A stretch of DNA of 64,000 bases, from the IMG/VR virus record IMGVR_UViG_3300021387_000661, positions 160,001-224,000 of that record. One strand, written 5' to 3'. The notes beneath the pieces are model-generated. The model searched no databases. It was given only the letters and a program-made list of their open reading frames with translations, and was not told the origin of the DNA. Positions within the stretch are counted from its first letter, which is position 1. Each line of letters starts with the position of its first letter. Of this stretch, positions 11,465-21,755 are shown piece by piece. The DNA is from a virus. Lineage: Duplodnaviria > Caudoviricetes. A program made the translations under genes and the position numbers.

Positions 11465-12451
11465 ATGGTATCAGTAAATTTAGAATATAACCCAGATTTT
11501 TTAAATGAAGAAGAAAGATGTGAGTATATCATTTCCAAAACTATGAAAAAACTTTGGCTGATTCAATTGGATATGGTCAATAAATTCATACAAGTATGTG
11601 ATAAATATAATCTTAAATATTGGGCTGAAGGAGGAACACTTCTAGGTGCGGTAAGACATGGTGGTTATGTACCCTGGGATGATGATATTGATCTCCTTAT
11701 GATGAGGGAAGATTATATGAAATTTCTTTCAGTTGCGGATAAAGAATTTGATTATCCTTATTATATCAATACTGGATACACAACACCATCTGGTCTTTTC
11801 ACTAAAATAAGAAGGCTTGATACAATAAGATATAAATCAATAATGGGTGTCATTCCCACACCAGAGAAGAAGGTAGTGGTTATGTTTCCTCCAGGAATCT
11901 GCATAGATATATTCTGTGCGGATAATTGCCCGAACACACATAATGAAAGAGTAGAATTTCACAGTAAACTTGAATTATCATATAGTGCATATTCCAATGC
12001 AAAGAATGTGTATAAAAGTGAATACCACAATTCATACAGACCTGAACAGGAACTTTTGGAATTGAAAAACAGAATGATTGATAAGTTGAATTCATATAAT
12101 GAACTCTGTCAGTCATATAATGATAAAGATACAGATTATATATTCAACAATGCATTTCCTCACCGTAATATAGAATCTGGACATATGAGGTATAAGGAAG
12201 ATTATGAGGATTGTGTTTACCTTCCATTTGAGATGCTTACATTAAGATGCCCAAAGGGATATGAAAGAGTTCTTGATATGGCATATACTCAAAGAACCAA
12301 GATTCCTTGGCAAACATATGCAAAGAACTTGGCATATCATGATCAATCAGGAACTCCTTTTCTTGATTTTGATAATTCATTCACAAAATATACAATTCCA
12401 TTTTATGATAAACCAGAAGACCTGGAAAAAATCCCGGTCAAATGGATTTAA
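11465..12451 (+). CDS. licD: LicD-family nucleotidyl/phosphocholine transferase
   Basis: YWAEGGTLLGAVRHGGYVPWDDDIDL and CIDIF motifs, plus LPFEMLTLRCPKGYERVL. Confidence 0.85.
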   Translation: MVSVNLEYNPDFLNEEERCEYIISKTMKKLWLIQLDMVNKFIQVCDKYNLKYWAEGGTLLGAVRHGGYVPWDDDIDLLMMREDYMKFLSVADKEFDYPYYINTGYTTPSGLFTKIRRLDTIRYKSIMGVIPTPEKKVVVMFPPGICIDIFCADNCPNTHNERVEFHSKLELSYSAYSNAKNVYKSEYHNSYRPEQELLELKNRMIDKLNSYNELCQSYNDKDTDYIFNNAFPHRNIESGHMRYKEDYEDCVYLPFEMLTLRCPKGYERVLDMAYTQRTKIPWQTYAKNLAYHDQSGTPFLDFDNSFTKYTIPFYDKPEDLEKIPVKWI

Positions 12452-12526
12452 AAAGAGATTGTCGGAGATGACAATCTTTTTTTTTGTTGATGGTTTTGTT
12501 ATATTTACTATGTTAAATAGTGTGAT

Positions 12527-14371
12527 ATGGAGAAATATACAATAGAAAATCCCTTGAGAGTATTCACCACCTTTTCAGGATATGATTCACAGTGTCTTGC
12601 CTTGAAGAAAGCGGGTATTCCATTTGATTTGATAGGTTGGAGTGAGATTGAGAAGAGGGCGATAGAAGCTCACAATCTTATTTTCCCAGAATACAAAGAT
12701 AGGAATTATGGTGACATCTGTAAGATAGATTGGGAGAATGTACCTGATTTTGACTTCTTTACTTACAGCAGTCCTTGTTTTGTTGCAGGTACATTGATAC
12801 AGACAAAACAAGGTATTAAGAACATTGAAGATATTAAAGAAGGAGATGAAGTATTGACACATACAAATACTTATCATAAAGTTATTACACCCATGGATAA
12901 AGTATTTGCTGGTACATTATATCATATTAAATCTGCAAATGGTGAAGTAGTATGTACACCTGAACATCCATTTTATGTGAGAGAATTATCTTACAAATAT
13001 GTTGATAGAAAACATAATAAGGTAAGACAGTTTGGTAATCCTATGTGGAAACAGGCAAAGGATTTGTCTAAAAAGGATTATCTTGGAACACCTGTAAATC
13101 AGGAAGCAATAATTCCTGAATGGAATGGTGTTGAATTATATAACTGGGGACACAATAGAGTTAGTAATAAATTGTCAAGTCTTTTTACTAATAAAAGTTT
13201 CTGGTATCTTATGGGTAGATATGTTGGTGATGGATGGACAAATAAAACTATATACAAACCAACTGGAGAAATTAAATCAAGAGGTATAAAAATTTGTTGT
13301 AGTAAAAAGAAAGAAGAAGAAAAACTTTCTCTAATTAAAGCATTTGAAGATTGTGGTTTGAATTATTGTATAACCAATGAGAGAACTGTATATAAATTTC
13401 AAATTACATCTAAAGAAATCTGGGAATTTGTTCAAAGATATGGAAGTAAAGCAGATGGAAAATTTATTGATCAAAGTACAATAAATCTCCCCATTGAATA
13501 TCTTGAATCATTTATTAAGGGTTATCAAGACAGTGATGGATATTATCATAAGAAGAGTAATACATATGGTGTAACAACTGTAAGTAAGAAACTTGCATAT
13601 ACATTTGGGCAGTGTATAAATAAAGTTTATCATAGGGCAGTTAGAATTCAATATTGTAAATTACCTCCAACACATATTATTGAAGGTCGTACTGTTAATC
13701 AAAAGAGTTTTTATCAAGTTAGATATAAACTTGAAAACACAAAACAAGATCAATCATTTTATGAAGGTGGATATATTTGGGCACCAGTAAATACCCATAA
13801 AACAGGTATAACAACAGAACAAGTTGAGTCTTGTATTGTATATAATATGGAAGTTGATGAAGATAATTCATATGTTGCCAATAATTATATAGTACACAAT
13901 TGCCAATCATTCAGTCTGGCAGGAAAGATGCTTGGTGGTGAGGAAGGTTCTGGTACCAAGTCATCATTACTTTGGGAATGTAAGAAAGCAATTGATATCA
14001 AAAGACCCAAGTACTTGATGTTGGAGAATGTGAAGAATCTTGTATCAGAGAGGTTCATAGACACCTTCAACCTCTGGTTGAAATATCTTGAATCCAGGGG
14101 TTATACCAATTACTGGAAGGTGTTGAAAGGTTCTGATTTTGGTATTCCCCAGGACCGTGAAAGGGTGTTCTGTGTATCTATCTTGAACCCAGACGGTGAC
14201 TTTGTGTTCCCAAGGGGGTGGAAGTTGGATAAGAATACTCTTGACTTCATACAGACCAAGGAAGAGATTGGTCAGGAACTGTGGGACAAGTTGGTGGATC
14301 CTGATGAAAACATAGATATATATCTTGGAGACAATGAACAATTCAAAAAATTTGCAGGAGTACAGAAATGA
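12527..14371 (+). CDS. dcm: DNA (cytosine-5) methyltransferase, N-terminal subunit, intein-containing
   Basis: Motif I FSGYDS, motif IV SPC|Q (split by intein), motif VI ENVKNL, motif VIII PQDRERVF. Confidence 0.9.
   Translation: MEKYTIENPLRVFTTFSGYDSQCLALKKAGIPFDLIGWSEIEKRAIEAHNLIFPEYKDRNYGDICKIDWENVPDFDFFTYSSPCFVAGTLIQTKQGIKNIEDIKEGDEVLTHTNTYHKVITPMDKVFAGTLYHIKSANGEVVCTPEHPFYVRELSYKYVDRKHNKVRQFGNPMWKQAKDLSKKDYLGTPVNQEAIIPEWNGVELYNWGHNRVSNKLSSLFTNKSFWYLMGRYVGDGWTNKTIYKPTGEIKSRGIKICCSKKKEEEKLSLIKAFEDCGLNYCITNERTVYKFQITSKEIWEFVQRYGSKADGKFIDQSTINLPIEYLESFIKGYQDSDGYYHKKSNTYGVTTVSKKLAYTFGQCINKVYHRAVRIQYCKLPPTHIIEGRTVNQKSFYQVRYKLENTKQDQSFYEGGYIWAPVNTHKTGITTEQVESCIVYNMEVDEDNSYVANNYIVHNCQSFSLAGKMLGGEEGSGTKSSLLWECKKAIDIKRPKYLMLENVKNLVSERFIDTFNLWLKYLESRGYTNYWKVLKGSDFGIPQDRERVFCVSILNPDGDFVFPRGWKLDKNTLDFIQTKEEIGQELWDKLVDPDENIDIYLGDNEQFKKFAGVQK
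12776..13900 (+). mobile_element. intein with LAGLIDADG homing endonuclease (375 aa)
   Basis: Starts CFVAGT; block B TPEHPF; LAGLIDADG-like YLMGRYVGDG and FIKGYQDSDG; ends VYNMEVDEDNSYVANNYIVHN|C. Confidence 0.92.
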
Positions 14372-14835
14372 GTAAAATAAAAGATGAAAAAAAGGTAAAG
14401 GGTAAGCAGTCCAACTATGTCAATACCAATGTAAAGGAGTTTGACACAGATATGTGGGGAGAATACAATCTGTTTGGTGAGAGGATAGAGGACACAGTTC
14501 CTGAAAAGTTCCCTCATCTGGTACAGTTAGGAAATCTCCATATTGACAGGACTGGGTTCTATAATCCCCAGGATACTAGGGTGTATTCCCCTATGGGTAC
14601 TTGTCCTACACTCACATTGTCATTTAGTCCAAGGTTCTTGTTTATTGATGAAGGTAAATATAAAGTCAGGAGACTGTCTGGATTTGAGTCTATGAGGATG
14701 ATGGGTGTGGAAGATGAAGATATTCAGAAACTGGTTGATGGGGGACTCAGTAATAATCAATTGGCACAACTTGCCGGCAACAGTATTGTTGTGGATGTAA
14801 TGTCAGAATTTTTCAAGGAAATGATTAAACATTAA
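14368..14835 (+). CDS. DNA (cytosine-5) methyltransferase, C-terminal subunit (TRD + motifs IX/X)
   Basis: RRLSGFESMRMMG and QLAGNSIVVDVM; ATGA-coupled to the N-terminal subunit. Confidence 0.8.
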   Translation: MSKIKDEKKVKGKQSNYVNTNVKEFDTDMWGEYNLFGERIEDTVPEKFPHLVQLGNLHIDRTGFYNPQDTRVYSPMGTCPTLTLSFSPRFLFIDEGKYKVRRLSGFESMRMMGVEDEDIQKLVDGGLSNNQLAQLAGNSIVVDVMSEFFKEMIKH

Positions 14836-14839
14836 TATT

Positions 14840-15355
14840 ATGGATGTAGTTTATTTTTCAGTGAACAATTGGTTCAGTGGTGAGAATTATCCACCTACTG
14901 AAAACTTCAAGAAATGGTTGAGTGATGACTTCAACCAGAGTTTTAGGAATGATGAGTGGTGTAAGGAGAACAAACTGTGTGTTTATTATGGTTGTGTTGA
15001 TATGAGTACTAATTATACCATATCTGCTCCTAGGGAATGGGTTGAGAAGAACTGTCCTGAACTTCTGACAGATGATGAGTACACATACATCACACAACAA
15101 AGTAAATATAAAAAGAAGTTGTTTGGTGGGTATGAAACAATCTGGGTAGATGTAGAACACAAGAAGAAATACTCTGATTTTGTCTATTCCCAGGAAGATG
15201 TTGATGAAGGAGAATGTGACAGGGTTGGAGATATGCCTTTCAGAGAGTATTGTGAGGAGAATTTTGGGTCTAAATATTATGAGACTAACTGGTGGGGAGA
15301 TGATGATGAGGATGATGAGGACTCTGATGAAGATGATGAAGAAGTAGATGGATAA
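14840..15355 (+). CDS. hypothetical protein with acidic C-terminal tail
   Basis: Co-oriented ORF in operon; poly-D/E tail. Confidence 0.6.
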   Translation: MDVVYFSVNNWFSGENYPPTENFKKWLSDDFNQSFRNDEWCKENKLCVYYGCVDMSTNYTISAPREWVEKNCPELLTDDEYTYITQQSKYKKKLFGGYETIWVDVEHKKKYSDFVYSQEDVDEGECDRVGDMPFREYCEENFGSKYYETNWWGDDDEDDEDSDEDDEEVDG

Positions 15356-15836
15356 CAGGCAACAGAAGAATGAAGTTGTATCATCTGATGAATGGTACAC
15401 CCCACAATGGTTGATAGATACTCTTGGTCCATTTGACCTGGACCCCTGCTCTGCAATGAATCCACCTGTTCAAATTGCGCCAGAGACATATAACATTGAA
15501 CAGGATGGATTGTCAAAGGAATGGGATAAGAATAAGGTTGTCTGGTTGAATCCACCATACAGTAGTAAACTCATCAAGGCATTTGTTCAGAAACTGGCAG
15601 AACATAATAATGGGATTGCAATAGTTGTAAACAGAACTGATAATCTTTTATTCCAGGAGGTGATTTTTCCAAAGGCAAAATCAATGATTTTTATGAGAAG
15701 AAGGGTTAAGTTCATCAATCCTAATGGAGAGTCAAGGAGTCCAATGTTTGGATCCTGTCTGATTGCATTTGGTGATGAATGTGACAAGAGATTGAGAGAA
15801 AGCGGTATAGAAGGTAAATATATAAAATTGAATTAA
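15348..15836 (+). CDS. phage DNA N6-adenine methyltransferase (Dam-like)
   Basis: DEWYTP, FDLDPC and WLNPPYS motifs. Confidence 0.85.
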   Translation: MDNRQQKNEVVSSDEWYTPQWLIDTLGPFDLDPCSAMNPPVQIAPETYNIEQDGLSKEWDKNKVVWLNPPYSSKLIKAFVQKLAEHNNGIAIVVNRTDNLLFQEVIFPKAKSMIFMRRRVKFINPNGESRSPMFGSCLIAFGDECDKRLRESGIEGKYIKLN

Positions 15837-15838
15837 AC

Positions 15839-16456
15839 ATGAAAGTATTTTTAGGTGGGACTTGTGCAGAGTCCAAATGGAGGGAGAAACTGATTCCCCT
15901 TTTACAGTGTGATTATTTCAATCCAGTTGTAGAAGACTGGACTCCGGAATGCCAGGCAAATGAAGAAAGAGAGAAGTTGGTTTGTGACTATCATCTCTAT
16001 GTCATCACCCCAAAGATGCAGGGTGTGTATTCTATTGCAGAGGTTGTTAATGATTCTATAAAGTTGCAAAATAAATGTATTTTCTGTGTTACAAAAGAAG
16101 ATGATGACAGAGATTGGACAAAAGGTGAATTGAAGAGTCTCAATGCAACAGCAGAATTGATAAAGAACAATGGAGGAACTGTATTATCAGATTTGAATGA
16201 AGTTGCAGAATATTTGAATGCGGAATATGATAGGATATATTCTGGACCATCAATTGAACAGCAACTTGAATATTACAAGAAAAGATCTGAACATCTGACA
16301 AAACTCTGGAATAGACTCATAAAGGAAATCCTTCCTGATGGATGGTATTGTATGGCAAATGATACTTGGGATTGTGAAATAGAAGAATGTGATGAATGTA
16401 TTGGAAGATTACACAGACCATTTGTACAGAGATTGATAAAAAGAAAAAAGTTTTAG
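15839..16456 (+). CDS. nucleoside 2-deoxyribosyltransferase-like protein
   Basis: KVFLGGTC...WR...YFNPVVEDW...YSIAE pattern. Confidence 0.7.
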   Translation: MKVFLGGTCAESKWREKLIPLLQCDYFNPVVEDWTPECQANEEREKLVCDYHLYVITPKMQGVYSIAEVVNDSIKLQNKCIFCVTKEDDDRDWTKGELKSLNATAELIKNNGGTVLSDLNEVAEYLNAEYDRIYSGPSIEQQLEYYKKRSEHLTKLWNRLIKEILPDGWYCMANDTWDCEIEECDECIGRLHRPFVQRLIKRKKF

Positions 16457-16460
16457 GTAT

Positions 16461-17432
16461 ATGGATCTTGAAGAAATAAAAAGACTGTATAGGGAACATT
16501 TTCTTGAGATTGACAAGAAAGTTGAAGAGGAACATAATAAGTATAAGTATCCCGGTGATTCAAGTGAATCATTTGAGAGCTTTATGTATTTAAATAAAGT
16601 CAATGAAAATACCATCACAGAGGATATGATGGAATGGTATGCATATCATATCTGTGATAAGTCTGGATACTTTAATCCACACTCTGATTTTTGTTACTGT
16701 CCAAATATTAATAGTTATGTTAATGAGATGTTGAATAAAACATCTCTTGATTTGTTAGTGAGAGAACTTAATAAAAGTTTGGGTGCGGATAAAACACATT
16801 TTGTTATAAATGAGACAGATATTGATGATAAGGTGAATACTCTTTTAGTTATACCGGAATTATATGATGTAAAAAAAATATCAAAAACCTGTGATAAATT
16901 AATGTGGTCTTTTACATCTGTTGAAGTAGATGAACCTGGTAAGTTTATGAATCCATTCAATGTGGAAACACCATATCTGAATACAAATTATGGTTATCCT
17001 GTCATTAGAATTAAAGTTGAACCAATTAAAACCAAAAACATAACTGATTTTGTAAATAAAAATTGTAGAGGAAAAATCTATCATATTTGTACAAGGAAAA
17101 ATCTAAAATGGATTTTACAAAGTGGATTGAGAGTAAAGGGAGAAAAGAATGATTATAGATATATACAAAATAAAATCTATTTCTTCTGTGGTGAAAATAA
17201 AGATGATTTGTTCTATAATTTAAGACAAATTGCATTATCTAAAGAAATATTAAAAAATAACTGGATTGAAGATGAATATGCTCTCCTTGAGATAGATGTG
17301 AATGGTTATAACATTGATTTCTATATGGATGGTTATTATCTTGACCAAAAACCATATATAGGATACACATACAATTATTTCCCTCCAAGAAGAATAAGAG
17401 AAGTTGATAATGATGAATTAAACTGGATATAA
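16461..17432 (+). CDS. putative ADP-ribosyltransferase-fold protein (Tpt1/KptA-like C-terminal domain)
   Basis: YHICTRKNLKWILQSGL, IYFF, LLEIDV and FPPRRI resemble ART core strands. Confidence 0.5.
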   Translation: MDLEEIKRLYREHFLEIDKKVEEEHNKYKYPGDSSESFESFMYLNKVNENTITEDMMEWYAYHICDKSGYFNPHSDFCYCPNINSYVNEMLNKTSLDLLVRELNKSLGADKTHFVINETDIDDKVNTLLVIPELYDVKKISKTCDKLMWSFTSVEVDEPGKFMNPFNVETPYLNTNYGYPVIRIKVEPIKTKNITDFVNKNCRGKIYHICTRKNLKWILQSGLRVKGEKNDYRYIQNKIYFFCGENKDDLFYNLRQIALSKEILKNNWIEDEYALLEIDVNGYNIDFYMDGYYLDQKPYIGYTYNYFPPRRIREVDNDELNWI

Positions 17433-17433
17433 T

Positions 17434-17925
17434 ATGGAAAATGTAATAATTAAATTTAAAAAACTTGATGAAAATGCTGTCATACCATCCTATGCACATG
17501 ATGGTGATGTAGGCATGGATATGACTACCATAAGTGTTGAATATGTACCTGAAAAGGATATGTATATCTATCATACTGGTTTGGCATGTGAGTTGGAAAA
17601 AGGTTATGGTATGTTCCTCTTTCCAAGGAGTTCCAATTCAAAGACAGAGGCTTATTTGACTAATCATGTGGGTATTGTAGATCCTATTTATCGTGGAGAA
17701 ATACAGTTAAGATATAAGAACAGGGACAGGTATAGGAAATCCTTCTGGGAATTGCTCTCTGGGAAGATTGATATGGAAAGAGCATTGAGTAAAGCACCTT
17801 ATAAAGTTGGTGACAGGGTTGGACAAATGGTAGTCTTTCCTTATCCACAAGTACATGTACAGGTTGTTGATGAATTATCTGAAACAGAAAGAGGTACAGG
17901 TGGATTTGGATCAACTGGAAAATAA
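17434..17925 (+). CDS. dut: dUTPase (trimeric)
   Basis: GDVGMD, PRSS, VGIVDPIYRGEI, GDRVGQM and RGTGGFGSTG motifs. Confidence 0.95.
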   Translation: MENVIIKFKKLDENAVIPSYAHDGDVGMDMTTISVEYVPEKDMYIYHTGLACELEKGYGMFLFPRSSNSKTEAYLTNHVGIVDPIYRGEIQLRYKNRDRYRKSFWELLSGKIDMERALSKAPYKVGDRVGQMVVFPYPQVHVQVVDELSETERGTGGFGSTGK

Positions 17926-17953
17926 AAAAGAGTGAGTTAATCTCACTCTTTTT
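17925..17953. terminator. bidirectional intrinsic terminator
   Basis: AAAAAGAGTGAG / CTCACTCTTTTT between convergent genes. Confidence 0.8.
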
Positions 17954-17963
17954 GTTTATCTCA

Positions 17964-18314
17964 TTATCTGCATTTCAGGACTGCATCAAACAATTCCTTA
18001 CTGGTTTTGTATTCAACACCATCACACCAGTATATAACATTTCCTTCATCATCACCATAGACTCGTGCAATACATTCCTCTCTACCTCCAGCTGGAGCTA
18101 TACCAATATTTTTTGTTCCATCTTTGAAAATATTAATTTTATCAAACTTTAATCCATCACAAAAAGCACCTGCAGTTTGATATACTAAATTTTGTTCATC
18201 ACAAAAATCACGAACCTTCAACAAAGCAAAACGTAAATGCCTATTGAGATTATTATTTCCATATCGATTTCCAAATTTAGATTCATTAATGAATTCCTCA
18301 AATTTTTTAATCAT
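17964..18314 (-). CDS. putative internal head protein with capsid-targeting-like leader
   Basis: N-terminus MIKKFEEFINE|S resembles T4 CTS MKTYQEFIAE; late motif CATAAATA at 18352-18345. Confidence 0.55.
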   Translation of the reverse strand: MIKKFEEFINESKFGNRYGNNNLNRHLRFALLKVRDFCDEQNLVYQTAGAFCDGLKFDKINIFKDGTKNIGIAPAGGREECIARVYGDDEGNVIYWCDGVEYKTSKELFDAVLKCR

Positions 18315-18367
18315 AATATCATTAAATGGTTATTGTCTTTGTTATATTTATGTAAAAGAATTTTTAT

Positions 18368-19333
18368 ATGGGTGTAGATAATTTGAAAAACATCCTGTGG
18401 GAAGAGAAATACAGACCACAGAATTTGAAGGAGTTGATTGTTCCTCAAAGAATCAGAACAATTTTTGAAAAAGGTGTTGTACAGTCTATGTTGTTATATG
18501 GTACCGCTGGTATTGGTAAGACCAGTGCTGCAAAGGCGATTTGTAAACAGTTCCAGCACAACACACTGTATCTGAATATGTCAGAGACAACAGGTGTTGA
18601 TACCATCAGGGATACAATTATGGAGTTTGCTATGAATCAGTCTATTCTCCATTATGACAATCCTATCAAAGTTGTTATCCTAGATGAGATGGATGGTATG
18701 AGCCAGCAGGCATATGCAGCCCTCCGTGCCACTATGGAAAAGTGTTCTGTAAACACCAGATTCATAGGTACTTGTAATTATATTGAGAAGATTCCAGATC
18801 CCATTCAGTCCAGGTTTTTGATGATTGATTTCAATTTCTCTGCTGAAGAAATCAATGAGGTAAAGAAAGGACAGATTTTGAGAGTGATGGAGATTTGTAA
18901 GAAAGAAGGTCTCAATATTACCAGGGAAGCTGTAGTCAAACTTGTATTGACTTATTATCCTGATTTCAGGAGTATTGTCAAAAAACTCCATAGGTTTTCA
19001 TTGGAGAACAAGACATCTATTGATGTTACAGATATCAAAGATTCTACTAGTGAATATGCAGAACTATATGAGATGATCATCACCCAGGATAATCCTGTTG
19101 AGAATTATAAGTTTGTGATGAAGAACTATTCCAACTGTATTGATGAAACTATTGCAGCACTTGGGCACCCATTCATTGAGTATATTTTGAAGTCAAGACC
19201 AAACCTTATGGGTGCAATCCCTGTGATATCTGTACTCAATGCAAAGTATCAACAGAATTTGAAGAACTGTATTGATCCTGTGGTGGTTTTATTGGCAAAT
19301 ATCTTTGAATTACAAACAGAAATTCAGAAATAA
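18368..19333 (+). CDS. clamp loader ATPase subunit (T4 gp44 / RFC small-subunit-like)
   Basis: WEEKYRP, GTAGIGKT, VILDEMD, QSRF, PDFR motifs. Confidence 0.9.
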   Translation: MGVDNLKNILWEEKYRPQNLKELIVPQRIRTIFEKGVVQSMLLYGTAGIGKTSAAKAICKQFQHNTLYLNMSETTGVDTIRDTIMEFAMNQSILHYDNPIKVVILDEMDGMSQQAYAALRATMEKCSVNTRFIGTCNYIEKIPDPIQSRFLMIDFNFSAEEINEVKKGQILRVMEICKKEGLNITREAVVKLVLTYYPDFRSIVKKLHRFSLENKTSIDVTDIKDSTSEYAELYEMIITQDNPVENYKFVMKNYSNCIDETIAALGHPFIEYILKSRPNLMGAIPVISVLNAKYQQNLKNCIDPVVVLLANIFELQTEIQK

Positions 19334-19405
19334 TTCAAAAAAGGTGGTTATTTGACCACTTTTTTGTTATCTTTATAACAGATTTTTTTTAATAATATAT
19401 TATAT

Positions 19406-21370
19406 ATGGGTAAAATTTATGACCTTGAGCAAAAGGGTGAAGAGAATGTAAATAATAATATTGACAATCTTATATCAGTTGGTTCAATTGTTGAGGGTTG
19501 GAAAGGTATACGGTTTAGGAATAATGAAATAAACCGTATTTATAATATTATGGACAAATCAGAGTTTCGCTCTGTTTTGCTTGTTGGTGATTATGGTTCT
19601 GGTAAGAGGACAATTATTGAGGGGTATGCACAGAAACTTGTGGACAATGCCAGAGTTGATAAAGTCATAGAAATCAATTTCAATGATATTCTTCAAAAGG
19701 CAAGAAGTGGTGACTTTGGACAGATTATAGAAGATGTGTTCAATACTGCTTGTAATGATGATGAAATCCCCATTACGCTTGTATTACCTAATCTTGGACA
19801 TCTACTTAACCTGAATTGCTTTGGTAATGCTGGTTTTTCCTTTGTAAACAATCTCATAAAGGCAATTGAGGAAGATGATTTGAGGATTATTGGAACAGTG
19901 ACAACCGATGAGTATAAGGACATTGAGAATATGTTCAAGAAAATCTTGGACTATTTTACAGTTATCAAACTCACAGAACTCACCAAAGATGAAACAGCAC
20001 AGATTCTTGAAAATGAACTTGACTATTTTAGGGGTTGTTATGATATGACATTCCCAGAAAATGTATGTGAAATCATTTGCAATAATGCAGACAAGTATAT
20101 AAAGGATAAGGTGTTTCCTGGAAAGGCAGAGAATCTTTTTGATGAGATTTGTGCAAGTATTTCCAACAAGTACAGACCGGCTGATCAGAGACTTATTGAT
20201 TTAACAGAAGACACAAAGAAACTCAGAGAAGAACTCGCCAAGGCATTGGAGGCAAATGATTACAATAAGTGTGAGGAAATCAATAAGAAGCTGGGTGAGA
20301 ATTTTGAGAAGTACAAGCAGCTTGGTGAAGAGTATTTCCCCACCATTGATGTAACTGAAGAGGATTTACTGGAGGCACTTGGAAACATTCTGGATGTTCA
20401 GATGACCAAACTTGATGAGGATAAAACCAAATTCCTTAGAGAAATGCCTGATGAAATCAAGAAGTATGTCATTGGTCAGGATTCCGCTGTAGATACTATT
20501 GTGAAGAATATCCGTAGAAACCAGTTGGGATTGAGAAAGACCAGTCACTCTGCCGGCAACTTTATGTTCATAGGATCCACTGGTGTTGGTAAGACATATC
20601 TGGCAAAACAGTTGGCAAAGTATCTTTATGGAAGTGAAGATAATCTGTTGAGGTTGGATATGAGTGAATTCCAGGCAGAGATTGATGTATCCAAACTCCT
20701 TGGGTCTGCACCTGGTTATGTGGGATACAAGGAATCTGGATTACTTGTGAAGGGTCTGGCAAAGAATGGGGAGACTGTTGTACTTTTTGATGAGATTGAA
20801 AAGGCACATCCAAAGATTTATGATGTCCTTCTTCAACTCTTGGATGAGGGATTTGTGACGGGATCTGATGGTAAGAAGGTGGATGCAACCAAGGCTCTTA
20901 TCATTTTTACATCCAATATTGGAGTAAAGGAGGCACAGAGTATGTCATCTCCTCTTGGGTTCACTTCAAATGTAGATGAGAAGAAAAGTGCAAAGAAGGA
21001 AGAGATTATCAGGAAGGCTTTGAAGAAGAGATTTTCTCCTGAATTCCTCAACCGTCTTGACAATATCTGTTACTTTAACTCATTAAGTAAGGATACCCTT
21101 AAATCAATTCTCCAGAAAGAGTTGGATGAATCCAATGTTAATATCAAGGCTATTACAGGTAAGTCCATTGTACTATCTCCGGAGGTGGAAGATTGGATTT
21201 TGGATAAGGTTGAAAAGGAAGATAATGGTGCAAGACCTATTATCAGAATTATCCAGCAGTATATTGAAGAGGTTATTACAGATATGGTCATTGAAAGTAG
21301 TGAAGTCCTCAATTTAGAAGGAACTACCCTGACAGCATATCTTGAAGATGATAAAATAATTTTAAAATAA
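19406..21370 (+). CDS. clpC: ClpC-like AAA+ chaperone (degenerate first NBD, UVR motif, intact second NBD)
   Basis: GDYGSGKR, FPGKA, UVR-like ELAKALEANDY, GSTGVGKT, DMSEF, GSAPGYVGY, FDEIEKAHP, PLGF loop, GARP. Confidence 0.8.
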   Translation: MGKIYDLEQKGEENVNNNIDNLISVGSIVEGWKGIRFRNNEINRIYNIMDKSEFRSVLLVGDYGSGKRTIIEGYAQKLVDNARVDKVIEINFNDILQKARSGDFGQIIEDVFNTACNDDEIPITLVLPNLGHLLNLNCFGNAGFSFVNNLIKAIEEDDLRIIGTVTTDEYKDIENMFKKILDYFTVIKLTELTKDETAQILENELDYFRGCYDMTFPENVCEIICNNADKYIKDKVFPGKAENLFDEICASISNKYRPADQRLIDLTEDTKKLREELAKALEANDYNKCEEINKKLGENFEKYKQLGEEYFPTIDVTEEDLLEALGNILDVQMTKLDEDKTKFLREMPDEIKKYVIGQDSAVDTIVKNIRRNQLGLRKTSHSAGNFMFIGSTGVGKTYLAKQLAKYLYGSEDNLLRLDMSEFQAEIDVSKLLGSAPGYVGYKESGLLVKGLAKNGETVVLFDEIEKAHPKIYDVLLQLLDEGFVTGSDGKKVDATKALIIFTSNIGVKEAQSMSSPLGFTSNVDEKKSAKKEEIIRKALKKRFSPEFLNRLDNICYFNSLSKDTLKSILQKELDESNVNIKAITGKSIVLSPEVEDWILDKVEKEDNGARPIIRIIQQYIEEVITDMVIESSEVLNLEGTTLTAYLEDDKIILK

Positions 21371-21376
21371 AGTATT

Positions 21377-21754
21377 ATGAGAATTTCAATTTGTGGGCCA
21401 CTTGCAGAAAGTGCAATTGTAAAGGCTGAAGGTGCATTGGGAGTATCTGTAAAACTCCCTTGGCAGGAAAGTATTATTGATTATGCAGCAGAGACTTACA
21501 AGTATTTTAATGAACAAAATGTCATTTTTAAGGGATCTGCATTTGATTTTTTGACATCTGAACTTGAGGAAGGTTATGATGATGTATATGAGCAGATTGC
21601 ACTTGACACATTGAATAATGTGGATTATATTGCTGTAATCACTATGGATATGAACAAACAACTGTTGAAGGTATATAAAGAATACCAGGAATTGTATCCA
21701 GATAAGTTTCATATTTATTCATCACCAACAGAATTTGAAGTAACATTGAGATAA
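21377..21754 (+). CDS. hypothetical protein
   Basis: Tightly packed co-oriented ORF. Confidence 0.6.
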   Translation: MRISICGPLAESAIVKAEGALGVSVKLPWQESIIDYAAETYKYFNEQNVIFKGSAFDFLTSELEEGYDDVYEQIALDTLNNVDYIAVITMDMNKQLLKVYKEYQELYPDKFHIYSSPTEFEVTLR

Positions 21755-21755
21755 T

